The position numbers and the translations under genes were made by a program. A DNA stretch of 64,000 nucleotides, taken from an uncultured bacterium (GTDB lineage: Bacteria; Verrucomicrobiota; Kiritimatiellia; RFP12; UBA1067). The stretch is taken from the NCBI GenBank assembly GCA_900547945.1, contig URIT01000004.1, forward strand, positions 147 to 64,146, read 5' to 3'. Numbering within the stretch: position 1 is the stretch's first letter; the number at the start of each line of letters is the position of its first letter. The notes below the pieces were generated by a model that saw only the letters and a program-made list of their open reading frames with translations, was not told the DNA's origin and made no database searches. Positions 1-9,086 of the stretch are shown piece after piece.

Positions 1-42
1 GGAAGGTGAAGATCGTTCCCGTCGAGGGCTGAGGGATGCGCG

Positions 43-543
43 ATGACGCTCGCGGCGGGTATCATCAAGGGGTGGAGCCATCTCAACGCGCTTGAGATCA
101 TCCGCCACCCCTGGTTCGTCTCGGCCTTCCTCGCGGGCGGTCTCGCGCAGACGGTCAAGGTTCTGACGGGGTGGGTGCGCACCCGCCGCCTCGACCTGCG
201 CGGGCTCGTCGAGCCGGGCGGCATGCCGAGCGCCCATTCCGCGCTCGTGACGGCGCTCGCGGTGGCGGTGGGGCTCACGGAGGGCTTCGACGCGCCGGAT
301 GCGATGATCGCCGTGGGACTCGGGACGATCACGATGGCGGACGCCGTTTCGATCCGGCGCGCGGCGGGCGAACACGCCCGGCTCCTGAACCGCATCGCCG
401 CCCGCCTCGACGCCTCCGAACGCTTCGAGGCCGCCCGTCTGCGCGAACGCCTCGGCCACACGCGGCGCGAGGTGATTGCGGGCGTCTTCTTCGGCATCGC
501 CGTGGCGCTCGGCGTCTGCGGATTCTGGGACTTCTGGAAGTAG
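43..543 (+). CDS. DUF212 / divergent PAP2-family membrane protein
   Basis: 166-aa ORF with hydrophobic helices and the GGMPSAHSA motif typical of the acid-phosphatase/vanadium-haloperoxidase-related DUF212 family. Confidence 0.65.
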   Translation: MTLAAGIIKGWSHLNALEIIRHPWFVSAFLAGGLAQTVKVLTGWVRTRRLDLRGLVEPGGMPSAHSALVTALAVAVGLTEGFDAPDAMIAVGLGTITMADAVSIRRAAGEHARLLNRIAARLDASERFEAARLRERLGHTRREVIAGVFFGIAVALGVCGFWDFWK

Positions 544-604
544 ACCGGCTTCATGTGGGTCAGAGCGCCCACCCAACAGAAAACAAAAAGAAAGAAGGTA
601 GGCA

Positions 605-1138
605 ATGGAACTCAAGGGATCCAAGACGGAACAGAACCTGATGGCGGCCTTTGCGGGTGAATCGCAGGCGCGCAACAAGTACGACTACTTCGCCTCGCAG
701 GCGAAGAAGGACGGCTACGAACAGATCGCGGCCATCTTCCAGGAGACGGCGCTGAACGAGAAGGAGCACGCGAAGATGTGGTTCAAGCTCTTCGCGGGCA
801 TCGGCTCCACGCCGGAGAACCTGCTCACCGCCGCCGCCGGCGAGCATGAGGAGTGGACCGAGATGTACCGGCGCATGGCCGAGGAGGCCGAAGCCGAGGG
901 CTTTGCCGACATCGCCCTCAAGTTCCGCAAGGTCGCCGAAGTCGAGGCGCACCACGAGGCGCGCTACCGCAAGCTCGCCAAGAACATCGAGACGGGCGAG
1001 GTGTGGGTGCGCGTGGGCGTGAACAAGTGGCAGTGCCGGAACTGCGGGGCGATCATCGAAAGCGCGCAGGCGCCCGAGAAGTGCCCCGTCTGCGACCATC
1101 CGAAGGCCTACTTCCAGCTGGAACAGGCCAACTACTAA
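605..1138 (+). CDS. rbr: Rubrerythrin
   Basis: Ferritin-like N-terminal region with ExxH motifs (EKEH, EAHH) and a C-terminal rubredoxin-type CxxC...CxxC (CRNCG...CPVCD). A purine-rich RBS precedes the ATG. Confidence 0.9.
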   Translation: MELKGSKTEQNLMAAFAGESQARNKYDYFASQAKKDGYEQIAAIFQETALNEKEHAKMWFKLFAGIGSTPENLLTAAAGEHEEWTEMYRRMAEEAEAEGFADIALKFRKVAEVEAHHEARYRKLAKNIETGEVWVRVGVNKWQCRNCGAIIESAQAPEKCPVCDHPKAYFQLEQANY

Positions 1139-1147
1139 GCCCCCTGC

Positions 1148-1183
1148 GGTCGTCCTCCCTACCCGTCCGTCGGGAGGACGACC
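1148..1183. terminator. GC-rich hairpin between convergent gene ends (12-bp stem GGTCGTCCTCCC / GGGAGGACGACC, 12-nt loop)
   Basis: Perfect 12-bp inverted repeat starting 10 nt after the rbr stop codon. It overlaps the last codons of the minus-strand kinase remnant. There is no U-run. Confidence 0.45.
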
Positions 1184-1385
1184 GTGAAGGCGCTGCCTTG
1201 GCCGGGGACCGAGTCGCAGTGGAGGCGGCCGCCGTACGACGTGACGATGGCCTTGACGAGGGCGAGTCCGAGCCCGTTCCCGGGGAGAGAACGGCTCGCG
1301 TCCGCCCGCCTGAAGTGCGTGTAGATGTGGGGGAGGTCGGCGGCGGAAATGCCGCAGCCCGTGTCGGCGACGACGAGGCGCACGC
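1159..1385 (-). pseudogene. Sensor histidine kinase remnant (only the C-terminal ~75 aa of the HATPase_c domain)
   Basis: VRLVVADTGCGIS...GNGLGLALVKAIV...GQGSAFTVVLP carries the G1/G2 ATP-lid boxes. There is no H-box/DHp, no sensor domain, and only Pro/Arg-rich nonsense upstream in frame. Confidence 0.55.
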
Positions 1386-1459
1386 ACCTCGCGCGATTCC
1401 TTCTTCTCCTCCTCGACGCGGCGGCTCCAGTCGCCCGCCGCGATGGCGGTGGCCGTGGA

Positions 1460-1843
1460 GGCGACGGACGTGGCGCAGACGAGGACGGCCACGCGCGCGG
1501 CGGCGGCATCCCGCAACCGCCGCAGGACGAGGAAGAGGAGGCCCAGCAGCCCCAACGCGGCGAGGAAGGAGGGGAGGCGCACGGCGATCTCCCGTCGTCC
1601 GAGGACGGTACAGAAGGCGCCGCCCAGTTGGAAGAGGAGGGGCGGCTTGCCGTCGAAGCTCTGGAAGACGCGGTTGTGGATGAAGCGCGGAACGAGGAAG
1701 TCGCCCGATTCCGCCATGTTCGCGCAGATGGCCGCGTAGCGTCCCTCGGACGGGTCGAAGACGGGCGCGACGACCATCACGGCAAGCCGGACGACGGCCA
1801 GCGCGACGAGCAGCAAAACAAAACCTTTCAGGGCGTGTTTCAT
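1460..1843 (-). pseudogene. N-terminal ~130 aa remnant of an ArnT/PMT-like (GT39/GT83-type) membrane glycosyltransferase
   Basis: MKHALKGFVLLLV...EGRYAAICANMAESGDFLVPRF...DGKPPLLFQLGG...RLPSFLAALGLLGLLFLVLRRL matches the conserved start of dolichyl/undecaprenyl-phosphate-sugar transferases. The frame then degenerates into Arg/Pro-rich sequence and runs through rbr antisense. Confidence 0.5.
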
Positions 1844-1974
1844 GCCGCATAGTCTACGTCCCCAATCTTTCGCCAACCTTGTGCCAACATGACCAATTGG
1901 CCATGTTCAGGCCTTTGCCTTTCCCGCACCGTTCCATGCGGTGGCCCGGCACGCGAAGTACGCGCGCCGGGCCA

Positions 1975-2025
1975 CTAAAACGCTAAAACGCTAAAACCTA
2001 AAACCTGAAACCTGAAACCTAAAGC
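1975..2025. repeat. AT-rich tandem 8/7-mer array: (CTAAAACG)x2 (CTAAAAC)x2 (CTGAAAC)x2 CTAAAGC
   Basis: Read directly. It lies just upstream of the tkt promoter and follows a 10-bp-stem hairpin (1941-1950 / 1966-1975). Confidence 0.9.
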
Positions 2026-2044
2026 CTACACGCCCCCTGATTTG

Positions 2045-2053
2045 TGGTATAAT
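2045..2053 (+). promoter_or_regulatory. Extended -10 promoter element TGGTATAAT (tkt)
   Basis: Perfect TATAAT with TGn extension in a GC-rich background, 89 nt upstream of the tkt ATG. Confidence 0.6.
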
Positions 2054-2141
2054 GACAAATCCTGAACGCCGTTCTTCTGCCGTCCCTTTTTTTCCATTCG
2101 GCTGCGAAACGGCCCCACCACCCATCTCGGAAGGACAATCC

Positions 2142-4145
2142 ATGAAGCTTACGAACGATCAACTGAAACTCGCGGCCAACACGATCCGCTGCCTCGCGGC
2201 GGACATGGTGGAGCAGGCGAAGAGCGGGCACCCCGGCGTGGCGCTCGGCCTGGCGGACGTTGCGACGTCCCTCTGGCTCAAATTCCTCGACTTCGACCCC
2301 AAGGACGTCGCCTGGCCCGACCGCGACCGCCTCGTTTTTTCGGGCGGGCACGGCTCGTCGCTCGTCTACGCGCTCCTCCACCTCTCCGGCGCGGGCGACC
2401 TGAAGCTCGACGAACTCAAGACCTTCCGCCAGCTCGGCTCCCGCTGCGCGGGCCACCCCGAGCGCGGCCTGCTGCCGGGCGTGGAGGTGACGACGGGTCC
2501 GCTTGGCCAGGGCATCGCGATGGCCGTGGGCATGGCCATCGCCGAGCGCATGGACGCCGCCCGCTGGAACGTGGACGCCGAGGCGCCCGTCGTCGACCAC
2601 CGCACGTGGGTGTTCTGCGGCGACGGCGACTTGGAGGAGGGCATCTCCCACGAGGCCTGCTCGCTCGCGGGTGCGTTCAAGCTCGACCGCCTCTGCCTCG
2701 TCTACGATTCGAACAACATCACGATCGAGGGCACGGCCGACCTCGCGCTCGTGGACGACACGCGCACGCGCTTCGAGGCGTACGGCTGGAAGGTGCTTGA
2801 ATGCGACGGACACGACTTCGACGCCATCGACCGCGCGTTCCGCAAGGCGCTCAAGGTCGTCGGCCAGCCCACGCTCATCATCGCGAAGACGCACATCGGC
2901 ATGGGCTGCCCAACCAAGCAGGATACGAGCGCCGTCCACGGCGCGCCCCTTGGCGCGGAGGAGCTGGCCGGGCTCAAGCGGAACCTCGGGTTCGACCCGG
3001 AGAAGTTCTTCGACGTGCCTGGCGACGTCTACGACTGGTTCGAGGACCGCGGCGCGGCGTGCCACCGCATGAACCTGCGCTGGAAGAAGGCGCTGCGCGA
3101 CTGGACGGCCGCGCATGCCGACCTCGCCGCCGCGCGCGACGCGGCCCAGCACGGTTACCTGCCGCAGAAGCTGGAGGCGAAGCTGCCGGTCTTCGACCCT
3201 TCCAAGCCCCTTGCCACGCGCACTGCCTGCGGCGCGGTGATGTGCGCCCTCGCGGCCGAGGTGCCGTTCCTCGTGGGCGGCTCCGCCGATCTCGAACCCT
3301 CGAACAAGACGAACCTCAAGCCGTTCGGCTGGAACTCCGCCACGGACTTCTCCGGGCGCAACTTCCACTGGGGTATCCGCGAACTCGGCATGAGCGCGAT
3401 CGTGAACGGCCTCGTCGCCCACGGCGGCTACCGCGCATTCGGCGCGACCTTCGCCGTGTTCAGCGACTACTGCAAGCCGGCGATGCGCCTCGCGGCCCTC
3501 ATGGGGCTGCCGTCGATGTGGGTGTTCTCGCACGACTCCTTCTACGTGGGCGAGGACGGCCCGACGCACGAGCCCGTCGAACAGCTCGCGATGCTGCGCA
3601 CGACGCCGAACCTGTGTACGTTCCGCCCCGCCGACGCGAACGAGACGACCGCATGCTGGCTCGCGATGCTGCAGCGCAAGGACGGTCCGTCGTGCATCTT
3701 CACGAGCCGCCAGAACCTGCCCGTCCTGGAGGGCGTCGTGCCCGAGAAGGTCGCGAAGGGCGCCTATGTGATCTGGGAGGCGAGCCCGATGCCCGACGTG
3801 CTGTTCATCGCGACGGGCAGCGAGGTCTCGCTCTGCATCGAGGCCGCCAAGCGCCTCGCTGAGACGGGGCGCAGCGCGCGCGTCGTCTCGATGCCGTGCC
3901 GCGAGCTGTTCGAGCGCCAGCCGCTCGCCTACCGCGAGAGCATCGTGCCCGGAACCTGCGCGAAGCGCGTGATCGTGGAGGCCGGCGTGAAGTTCGGCTG
4001 GGAACGCTATGCGATCAATTCCGCGACGACGCGCTACGTCACGCTCGACACCTTCGGCGCATCGGCCCCCTACAAGGTCCTCGCCGAACAGTTCGGCTTC
4101 ACCGTCGACAACGTCTACGCGCAGGCGCGGGAGATGCTGAGTTAG
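2142..4145 (+). CDS. tkt: Transketolase
   Basis: 667 aa. Carries the N-terminal IRCLAADMVEQAKSGHPG motif, GDGDLEEGISHEA (ThDP/metal motif) and HDSFYVGEDGPTHEPVEQLA. GGAAGGA RBS 6 nt upstream of ATG 2142; the track ORF start at 2052 lies inside the promoter. Confidence 0.95.
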   Translation: MKLTNDQLKLAANTIRCLAADMVEQAKSGHPGVALGLADVATSLWLKFLDFDPKDVAWPDRDRLVFSGGHGSSLVYALLHLSGAGDLKLDELKTFRQLGSRCAGHPERGLLPGVEVTTGPLGQGIAMAVGMAIAERMDAARWNVDAEAPVVDHRTWVFCGDGDLEEGISHEACSLAGAFKLDRLCLVYDSNNITIEGTADLALVDDTRTRFEAYGWKVLECDGHDFDAIDRAFRKALKVVGQPTLIIAKTHIGMGCPTKQDTSAVHGAPLGAEELAGLKRNLGFDPEKFFDVPGDVYDWFEDRGAACHRMNLRWKKALRDWTAAHADLAAARDAAQHGYLPQKLEAKLPVFDPSKPLATRTACGAVMCALAAEVPFLVGGSADLEPSNKTNLKPFGWNSATDFSGRNFHWGIRELGMSAIVNGLVAHGGYRAFGATFAVFSDYCKPAMRLAALMGLPSMWVFSHDSFYVGEDGPTHEPVEQLAMLRTTPNLCTFRPADANETTACWLAMLQRKDGPSCIFTSRQNLPVLEGVVPEKVAKGAYVIWEASPMPDVLFIATGSEVSLCIEAAKRLAETGRSARVVSMPCRELFERQPLAYRESIVPGTCAKRVIVEAGVKFGWERYAINSATTRYVTLDTFGASAPYKVLAEQFGFTVDNVYAQAREMLS

Positions 4146-4146
4146 A

Positions 4147-4178
4147 TTAAGTAGTTAAGTGGTTAAGTAGTTAAGTGG
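4147..4178. repeat. Tandem octamer array (TTAAGTAG/TTAAGTGG)x4
   Basis: Starts 2 nt after the tkt stop codon. It is in inverted orientation relative to the array at 4368-4452. Confidence 0.9.
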
Positions 4179-4268
4179 TTACCACGATCATGGCGTTCTT
4201 GTCCGCATGACTGGACAATTGAACCACTTAACTTAACCACGATTCCTTCGTCAATCAAATATTGTAAG

Positions 4269-4321
4269 CCACAAAGAACACAACGTTCACAAAGCCTTTG
4301 CGGTGTTTGTGTTCTTTGCGG
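4269..4321. other. Long imperfect hairpin (15-nt arms CCACAAAGAACACAA / TTGTGTTCTTTGCGG, 14/15 paired)
   Basis: Read directly; sits in the AT-rich core between the two octamer arrays. Confidence 0.7.
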
Positions 4322-4367
4322 CAAAAATCACCATATTTCGTTGCCGGACCGATAACTCAATCACCAG

Positions 4368-4452
4368 CTTAACCACTTACTTAACTACTTAACCACTTAA
4401 CCACTCAACCACTTAACTACTTAACTACTTAACCACTTAATCACTTAATCAC
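4368..4452. repeat. Tandem octamer array (~10.5 units of CYACTTAA: CTTAACCA CTTACTTA ACTACTTA ACCACTTA ...), reverse complement of the 4147-4178 unit
   Basis: Read directly; the array ends on the base before ATG 4453. Confidence 0.9.
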
Positions 4453-5247
4453 ATGGCGGACGGCGACTACGAGCGCGGGAGGGGGCGCGAGATCGCGTTT
4501 CTGGCGTCGCGCCTGCGCGCGCTCGGGAAGGCGCGTGCGGCGGCGTCGCGCGTGTTCGTCTTCAATGGCTGGGCGGCCTCGCCGCATGCGTGGGATCTCT
4601 GCACCTTCGTGTCCCGGATTCCGGGATGCCGTCTTTTCTCCTACGTCGACCAGCTCGACGGCCTCCCCGAGCGCGCGTTCGGGGAGGCCCGGAAGACCAG
4701 GCATCTCCTCGTCGGCTGGTCGATGGGCGGAAGCACGGCACTACGGCTTGCGTGCCGTTACCCGGACCGCATCGCGGGGCTTGTCCTCCTCGCCGCGACG
4801 CCGCGCATGATGGAGGAACCTGAGACGGACTGGAAGGGGCTGAACGCGCGGCGCCTTGCGGCCTTGCGCAAGGGACTCGAACTGACCCACGGAGAGGGTT
4901 TCTTCGGGGTCCCCGAGGGGAAGCCGAATCCTTATCTCGTCGATGTCCCCGAGAACTTGGAACGCGGCCTCCAGTACCTTCTCGACACCGACCTCCGTGC
5001 CGCCCTGGAACGGACATTTCCACCAATCCCCACCTCCCAACCCCCATTCCCCGTCTTCCTCTTCCAGAGCGAGCGGGACGGAATCGTGCGGCCGGAGAAT
5101 GCCGCGTACCTGAAGACGGTCTTTCCGCAGGCGCATGTGACGGGAGTGCCGGGGGCGGAGCATGCACTGCCCATTCTGATTCCAAAGGAGATCGACGATG
5201 CCGTTGACGCTTGCCTCGCAGTCGCCGCGCCGGGCGCGCATCCTTGA
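4453..5247 (+). CDS. Alpha/beta-fold hydrolase (BioH-like carboxylesterase family)
   Basis: VFVFNGWAASPHAW plus the nucleophile elbow LVGWSMGG, a later SERDGIV acid and GAEHALP histidine, giving a Ser-Asp-His triad order. Confidence 0.75.
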   Translation: MADGDYERGRGREIAFLASRLRALGKARAAASRVFVFNGWAASPHAWDLCTFVSRIPGCRLFSYVDQLDGLPERAFGEARKTRHLLVGWSMGGSTALRLACRYPDRIAGLVLLAATPRMMEEPETDWKGLNARRLAALRKGLELTHGEGFFGVPEGKPNPYLVDVPENLERGLQYLLDTDLRAALERTFPPIPTSQPPFPVFLFQSERDGIVRPENAAYLKTVFPQAHVTGVPGAEHALPILIPKEIDDAVDACLAVAAPGAHP

Positions 5248-5734
5248 GGCGTTGGGCGTGCCGTTTGAGGTTCTCCCGACGCATGCGCCCGAAGTCTCGT
5301 TTCCGCACGATCCCGAGCGGACCGTCCGGGAGAACGCCCTTGGCAAGCTGCGGGCCTGTCCCCGCTCGCCCGCCCTCGCGGCGGACACGATCGTGTGGTT
5401 CAGGGGGAGGATCTACGGCAAGCCCGCAGACCTCGCCGAGGCGAAGGCCTTCCTGCGGGAACTCTCGGGGCAGACGCACGCGGTCTTCACGGGCGTCGCC
5501 TACCGGGATGCCGCCGGCGTCGTCCGCACGGCGTGCGAACGTTCCGACGTGACGTTCCGCGTCCTGTCGGAGGCGGACATTGAAGACTACGTCGCCCGCG
5601 TTCGACCGGTTGACCGCGCGGGCGCGTACGACATCGATGCATGCGGCGCGCTTGTGGTGGCGTCCTACACCGGCAGCTATGAGAACATCATGGGGCTGCC
5701 GGTCGAACCGCTCAGGATGTGGCGTGTCGGCTGA
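5198..5734 (+). CDS. maf: Maf-like nucleoside-triphosphate pyrophosphatase
   Basis: LTLASQSPRRARILEALGVPFEV start, GAYDIDACGALVV and YENIMGLPVEPL near the C-terminus. Overlaps the preceding gene by 50 nt. Confidence 0.85.
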   Translation: MPLTLASQSPRRARILEALGVPFEVLPTHAPEVSFPHDPERTVRENALGKLRACPRSPALAADTIVWFRGRIYGKPADLAEAKAFLRELSGQTHAVFTGVAYRDAAGVVRTACERSDVTFRVLSEADIEDYVARVRPVDRAGAYDIDACGALVVASYTGSYENIMGLPVEPLRMWRVG

Positions 5735-5775
5735 CATGCACCGCCATTCTCCCCCTTGCGGGGCGAAGGGTGATA

Positions 5776-5784
5776 TGGTACAAT
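5776..5784 (+). promoter_or_regulatory. Extended -10 element TGGTACAAT (polyamine operon)
   Basis: TGn + TACAAT about 100 nt upstream of ATG 5885. Confidence 0.5.
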
Positions 5785-5884
5785 CTGCGCCGTTCTAAAG
5801 CCGAAGCAGGCGGCGGAGCGGCGGTACCGGGAGCAGTCCCCCCGGGACCATCCGTCGGCCAAGGGTTCTCTCAATGGTGGAGGG

Positions 5885-7339
5885 ATGACGATGAAGTCTC
5901 TCAATCAGCTGGATACGCCTGTTGCCAAGGCTCTGGAAGAACAGCGGGTCAACCGCCTGGCGCATTTCGACGTGCCCGGCCACAAGGGCGGGCGCATGAA
6001 TCCGGCGCTGAACGAGTATTTCGGCGCCAAGCTGATGTCGCTTGACGTCAACTCCATGAAGCCGCTCGACAATCTCGCGCACCCCGTGTCGGTCATCAAG
6101 GACGCGCAGGCGCTGGCGGCGAAGGCGTTCGGCGCGGACAACGCATTCTTCATCGTGAACGGCACGACGGCCGCCGTGCAGACGATGATCTTCGCATCCA
6201 TCCAGGCCGGGCAGAAGATCATCCTGCCGCGCAACGTACACCGCTCGGCGATCAACGCGCTCGTCGTGAACGGGGCGGTTCCCGTGTACGTGAACCCGCA
6301 GGTGAATCCCGAGCTCGGCATTCCGCTGGGGATGCGGCTTGCGGACGTCGAGGCGGCGATTTCGGCCAATCCGGACGCGAAGGCCGTCTTCGTCAACAAT
6401 CCGACCTACTACGGGATCTGCTCGGACCTGCGCTCCATCGTCGCGCTCGCCCATGCGCACAACATGCTCGTGCTGGTGGACGAGGCGCACGGGACGCACT
6501 TCTATTTCTCGGACAAGCTCCCCGTCTCGGCGATGGCGGCGGGGGCGGACATGGCGGCGTGCTCGATCCACAAGACGGGCGGCTCGCTCACGCAGTCGTC
6601 GGTCCTCCTGACGCGCCGTCCCGTCGATCCCGACTACATCCGGCAGGTGATCAACCTGACGCAGACGACCTCGGCCTCCTACCTGCTGATCGCCTCGCTC
6701 GACCTGGCGCGGCGGAACCTCCACCAGAACGGACGGGCGATGTTCGAGAAGACGATCCAGATGGCGGACTACGCGCGGGGGGAGGTCAACGACCTCGGTG
6801 GCTACCATGCGTTCGGCCCCGAACTCGTCAACGGCGATTCCGTGTGCGCGTTCGACACGACGAAGCTTTCCGTCCACACGCGGGAGATCGGCCTTGCGGG
6901 CATTGAGGTCTACGACCTTCTGCGCGACGACTACGGCATCCAGATCGAGTTCGGGGACGTGGGCAACATCCTCTGCATCCTCTCGTCGGGAGACCGCCCG
7001 CTCGACATCGAACGCCTGATCTCGGCCCTTTCCGAGATCCGGCGGCTGCACGCGAAGTCCCCCGCCGGGCTCTTCGACCACGAATATGTCGAGCCGCAGG
7101 TCGAGATGTCGCCGCAGGCCGCGTTCTACGCGCAGAAGCGGCCCGTGCCGATCGCGAAGTCCGAGGGGTATGTCGCGGCGGAGTTCGTGATGTGCTATCC
7201 GCCGGGCATCCCGATTCTCGCGCCGGGCGAGCGGATTACGCGGGAGGTGCTGGACTACGTGCTCTACGCCAAGTCGAAGGGGTGTTTCATGACGGGCCCC
7301 GCCGACATGAAGATCAACCGCATCAACGTCGTGAGGTGA
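5885..7339 (+). CDS. speA: Arginine decarboxylase (Orn/Lys/Arg decarboxylase family, fold-type I PLP)
   Basis: 484 aa. FDVPGHKGGR start and the CSIHKTGGSLTQSS PLP-lysine motif. Its context with speE/speB supports arginine as the substrate. Confidence 0.8.
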   Translation: MTMKSLNQLDTPVAKALEEQRVNRLAHFDVPGHKGGRMNPALNEYFGAKLMSLDVNSMKPLDNLAHPVSVIKDAQALAAKAFGADNAFFIVNGTTAAVQTMIFASIQAGQKIILPRNVHRSAINALVVNGAVPVYVNPQVNPELGIPLGMRLADVEAAISANPDAKAVFVNNPTYYGICSDLRSIVALAHAHNMLVLVDEAHGTHFYFSDKLPVSAMAAGADMAACSIHKTGGSLTQSSVLLTRRPVDPDYIRQVINLTQTTSASYLLIASLDLARRNLHQNGRAMFEKTIQMADYARGEVNDLGGYHAFGPELVNGDSVCAFDTTKLSVHTREIGLAGIEVYDLLRDDYGIQIEFGDVGNILCILSSGDRPLDIERLISALSEIRRLHAKSPAGLFDHEYVEPQVEMSPQAAFYAQKRPVPIAKSEGYVAAEFVMCYPPGIPILAPGERITREVLDYVLYAKSKGCFMTGPADMKINRINVVR

Positions 7340-7344
7340 GCGAA

Positions 7345-8205
7345 ATGGAGCTTTGGTATACGGACCAGCACACGAAGGACGTGCGTTTCTCGATGAAGGC
7401 GATGGGGCAGATCGCCTCGCGGCAGAGTGAGAACGAGCGCATCGACATCCTCGACACCGCCGAATACGGGCGCGTGCTTGTCCTGGACGGCGAACTCTTC
7501 CTCACGGAGAAGGACGAGTTCATCTACCACGAGATGCTGGCGCACGTGCCGATGGCGGTGCATCCGAAGGTCCGGAACGTGCTTGTCATCGGGGCGGGCG
7601 ACGGCGGGACGGTGCGCGAGCTCGTGAAGTACCGCACCATCGGCCGCATCGACGTCGTCCAGCCCGACAAGGACCTCTACACGCTCGCGATGGCGCACCT
7701 CCCGTTCTGCGCGGCGGCGTTCCGCGACCGCCGCGTCCACATCCACGTCGAGGAGGGGCTTCGCTTCGTGCGCGGCAAGGCGAACGAGTACGACCTCGTC
7801 ATCGTGGACTGCGCCGATCCGTACGGGCCGGCGGAGGGCCTGTTCACCCGCGAGTTCTACGGGAACTGCTGGAAGGCCCTGCGGGAGGACGGCATCCTCA
7901 TCAACCAGCACGAGTCGCCGTTCTATTCCGCGCACTCCCAGTCGGTGAGGAACGCCCACAAGCACATCGCCACGATCTTCGGCCTGTCGATGATCTACCA
8001 GGCGCACATCCCGTCCTATCCGTCCGGACACTGGCTCTTTGGCTTCGCCTCGAAGAAGTACCATCCGCTCAAGGACCTCCACGCGCGGGCGTGGAATGCG
8101 CTCAAGATCCCGACGCGCTACTACAACACCGACCTGCATCGCGGCGGTTTCGCGCTCCCGAACTACGTGCGCGAACTGCTGGGGCAGAGGGCCGCGAACG
8201 CCTGA
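7345..8205 (+). CDS. speE: Spermidine synthase / aminopropyltransferase
   Basis: MELWYTD...LVLDG..FLTEKDEFIYHEML.H, VLVIGAGDGGTVRE and DCADPYGPAEGLFT motifs. GAGGTGAG RBS ahead of ATG 7345. Confidence 0.9.
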   Translation: MELWYTDQHTKDVRFSMKAMGQIASRQSENERIDILDTAEYGRVLVLDGELFLTEKDEFIYHEMLAHVPMAVHPKVRNVLVIGAGDGGTVRELVKYRTIGRIDVVQPDKDLYTLAMAHLPFCAAAFRDRRVHIHVEEGLRFVRGKANEYDLVIVDCADPYGPAEGLFTREFYGNCWKALREDGILINQHESPFYSAHSQSVRNAHKHIATIFGLSMIYQAHIPSYPSGHWLFGFASKKYHPLKDLHARAWNALKIPTRYYNTDLHRGGFALPNYVRELLGQRAANA

Positions 8206-8219
8206 AGGAGGGGCTGAAG

Positions 8220-9056
8220 GTGAACTTCATCGGATGCGACAGTGGCTTTGACGCGGCAAGGGCCGTCCTTTTCGGCGCGCCCTTCGATTCGACCACCTCC
8301 TACCGTCCGGGGGCGCGCTTCGGCTCGGCGGCGATTCGCCACGAGTCGTTCGGCATCGAGACCTATTCACCCTATCTCGACCGGGACCTGGGGGATTGCG
8401 CCATCCACGACGCGGGCGACCTGGAGCTGCCGTTCGGCGCGTCTGATCCCGCGCTCAAGATGATCGAAACCGAGGCGGCGCGGATTCTCGCTGCGGGGAA
8501 GGTCCCCGTCCTCCTCGGCGGCGAACACCTCGTCACGCTCGGCGCGGTGCGCGCGGCCCGTGCGCGCCATCCGGATCTCCACATCCTTCACTTCGACGCC
8601 CATGCCGACCTGCGCGCGGACTACCTCGGCAACCCGCTTTCCCACGCCTGCGTGATGCGGCGGTGCCATGACCTGCTGGGTGACGGGCGCATCTTCCAGT
8701 TCGGCATCCGGTCCGGCACGAAGGAGGAGTTCGCGTTCCAGGGGGCGGGGCACGTCAGGGCGGAGCGGTTCGCCGCGAAAACCCTGCCGTCCATTGTCCT
8801 GCCGCCGCAGACGCCCGTCTACCTGACGGTCGACCTCGACGTGCTCGACCCGGCGGAGTTTCCCGGCACGGGCACGCCGGAGGCGGGCGGCCTCGCGTTC
8901 GAGACGCTGCGCGGCGTGCTGATGGACGTGTTCGCTCGCTTCAACGTGGTGGCGTTCGACCTCGTTGAGCTCGCCCCCGCGCTGGACGCGAGCGGCAGGT
9001 CCACGGCCCTTGCCTGCAAGCTCCTCCGCGAATGCCTGCTGGCGCTGGAAACCTGA
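8220..9056 (+). CDS. speB: Agmatinase (ureohydrolase family)
   Basis: GTG start 6-8 nt after a GAAGGAGGGG RBS. Mn-binding motifs HFDAHADLR, DLDVLDP and GTGTPEAGG. Confidence 0.85.
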   Translation: MNFIGCDSGFDAARAVLFGAPFDSTTSYRPGARFGSAAIRHESFGIETYSPYLDRDLGDCAIHDAGDLELPFGASDPALKMIETEAARILAAGKVPVLLGGEHLVTLGAVRAARARHPDLHILHFDAHADLRADYLGNPLSHACVMRRCHDLLGDGRIFQFGIRSGTKEEFAFQGAGHVRAERFAAKTLPSIVLPPQTPVYLTVDLDVLDPAEFPGTGTPEAGGLAFETLRGVLMDVFARFNVVAFDLVELAPALDASGRSTALACKLLRECLLALET

Positions 9057-9086
9057 AACGAAGACAAGAAAGGAAAAAAGAAAGCC

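Noticed and set aside
4368-4452. Octamer and heptamer arrays as a CRISPR array, telomere-like sequence or coding repeat
   Set aside because: There are no spacers (pure tandem microsatellite). They are intergenic, too short, and interrupted by stop codons in all frames.
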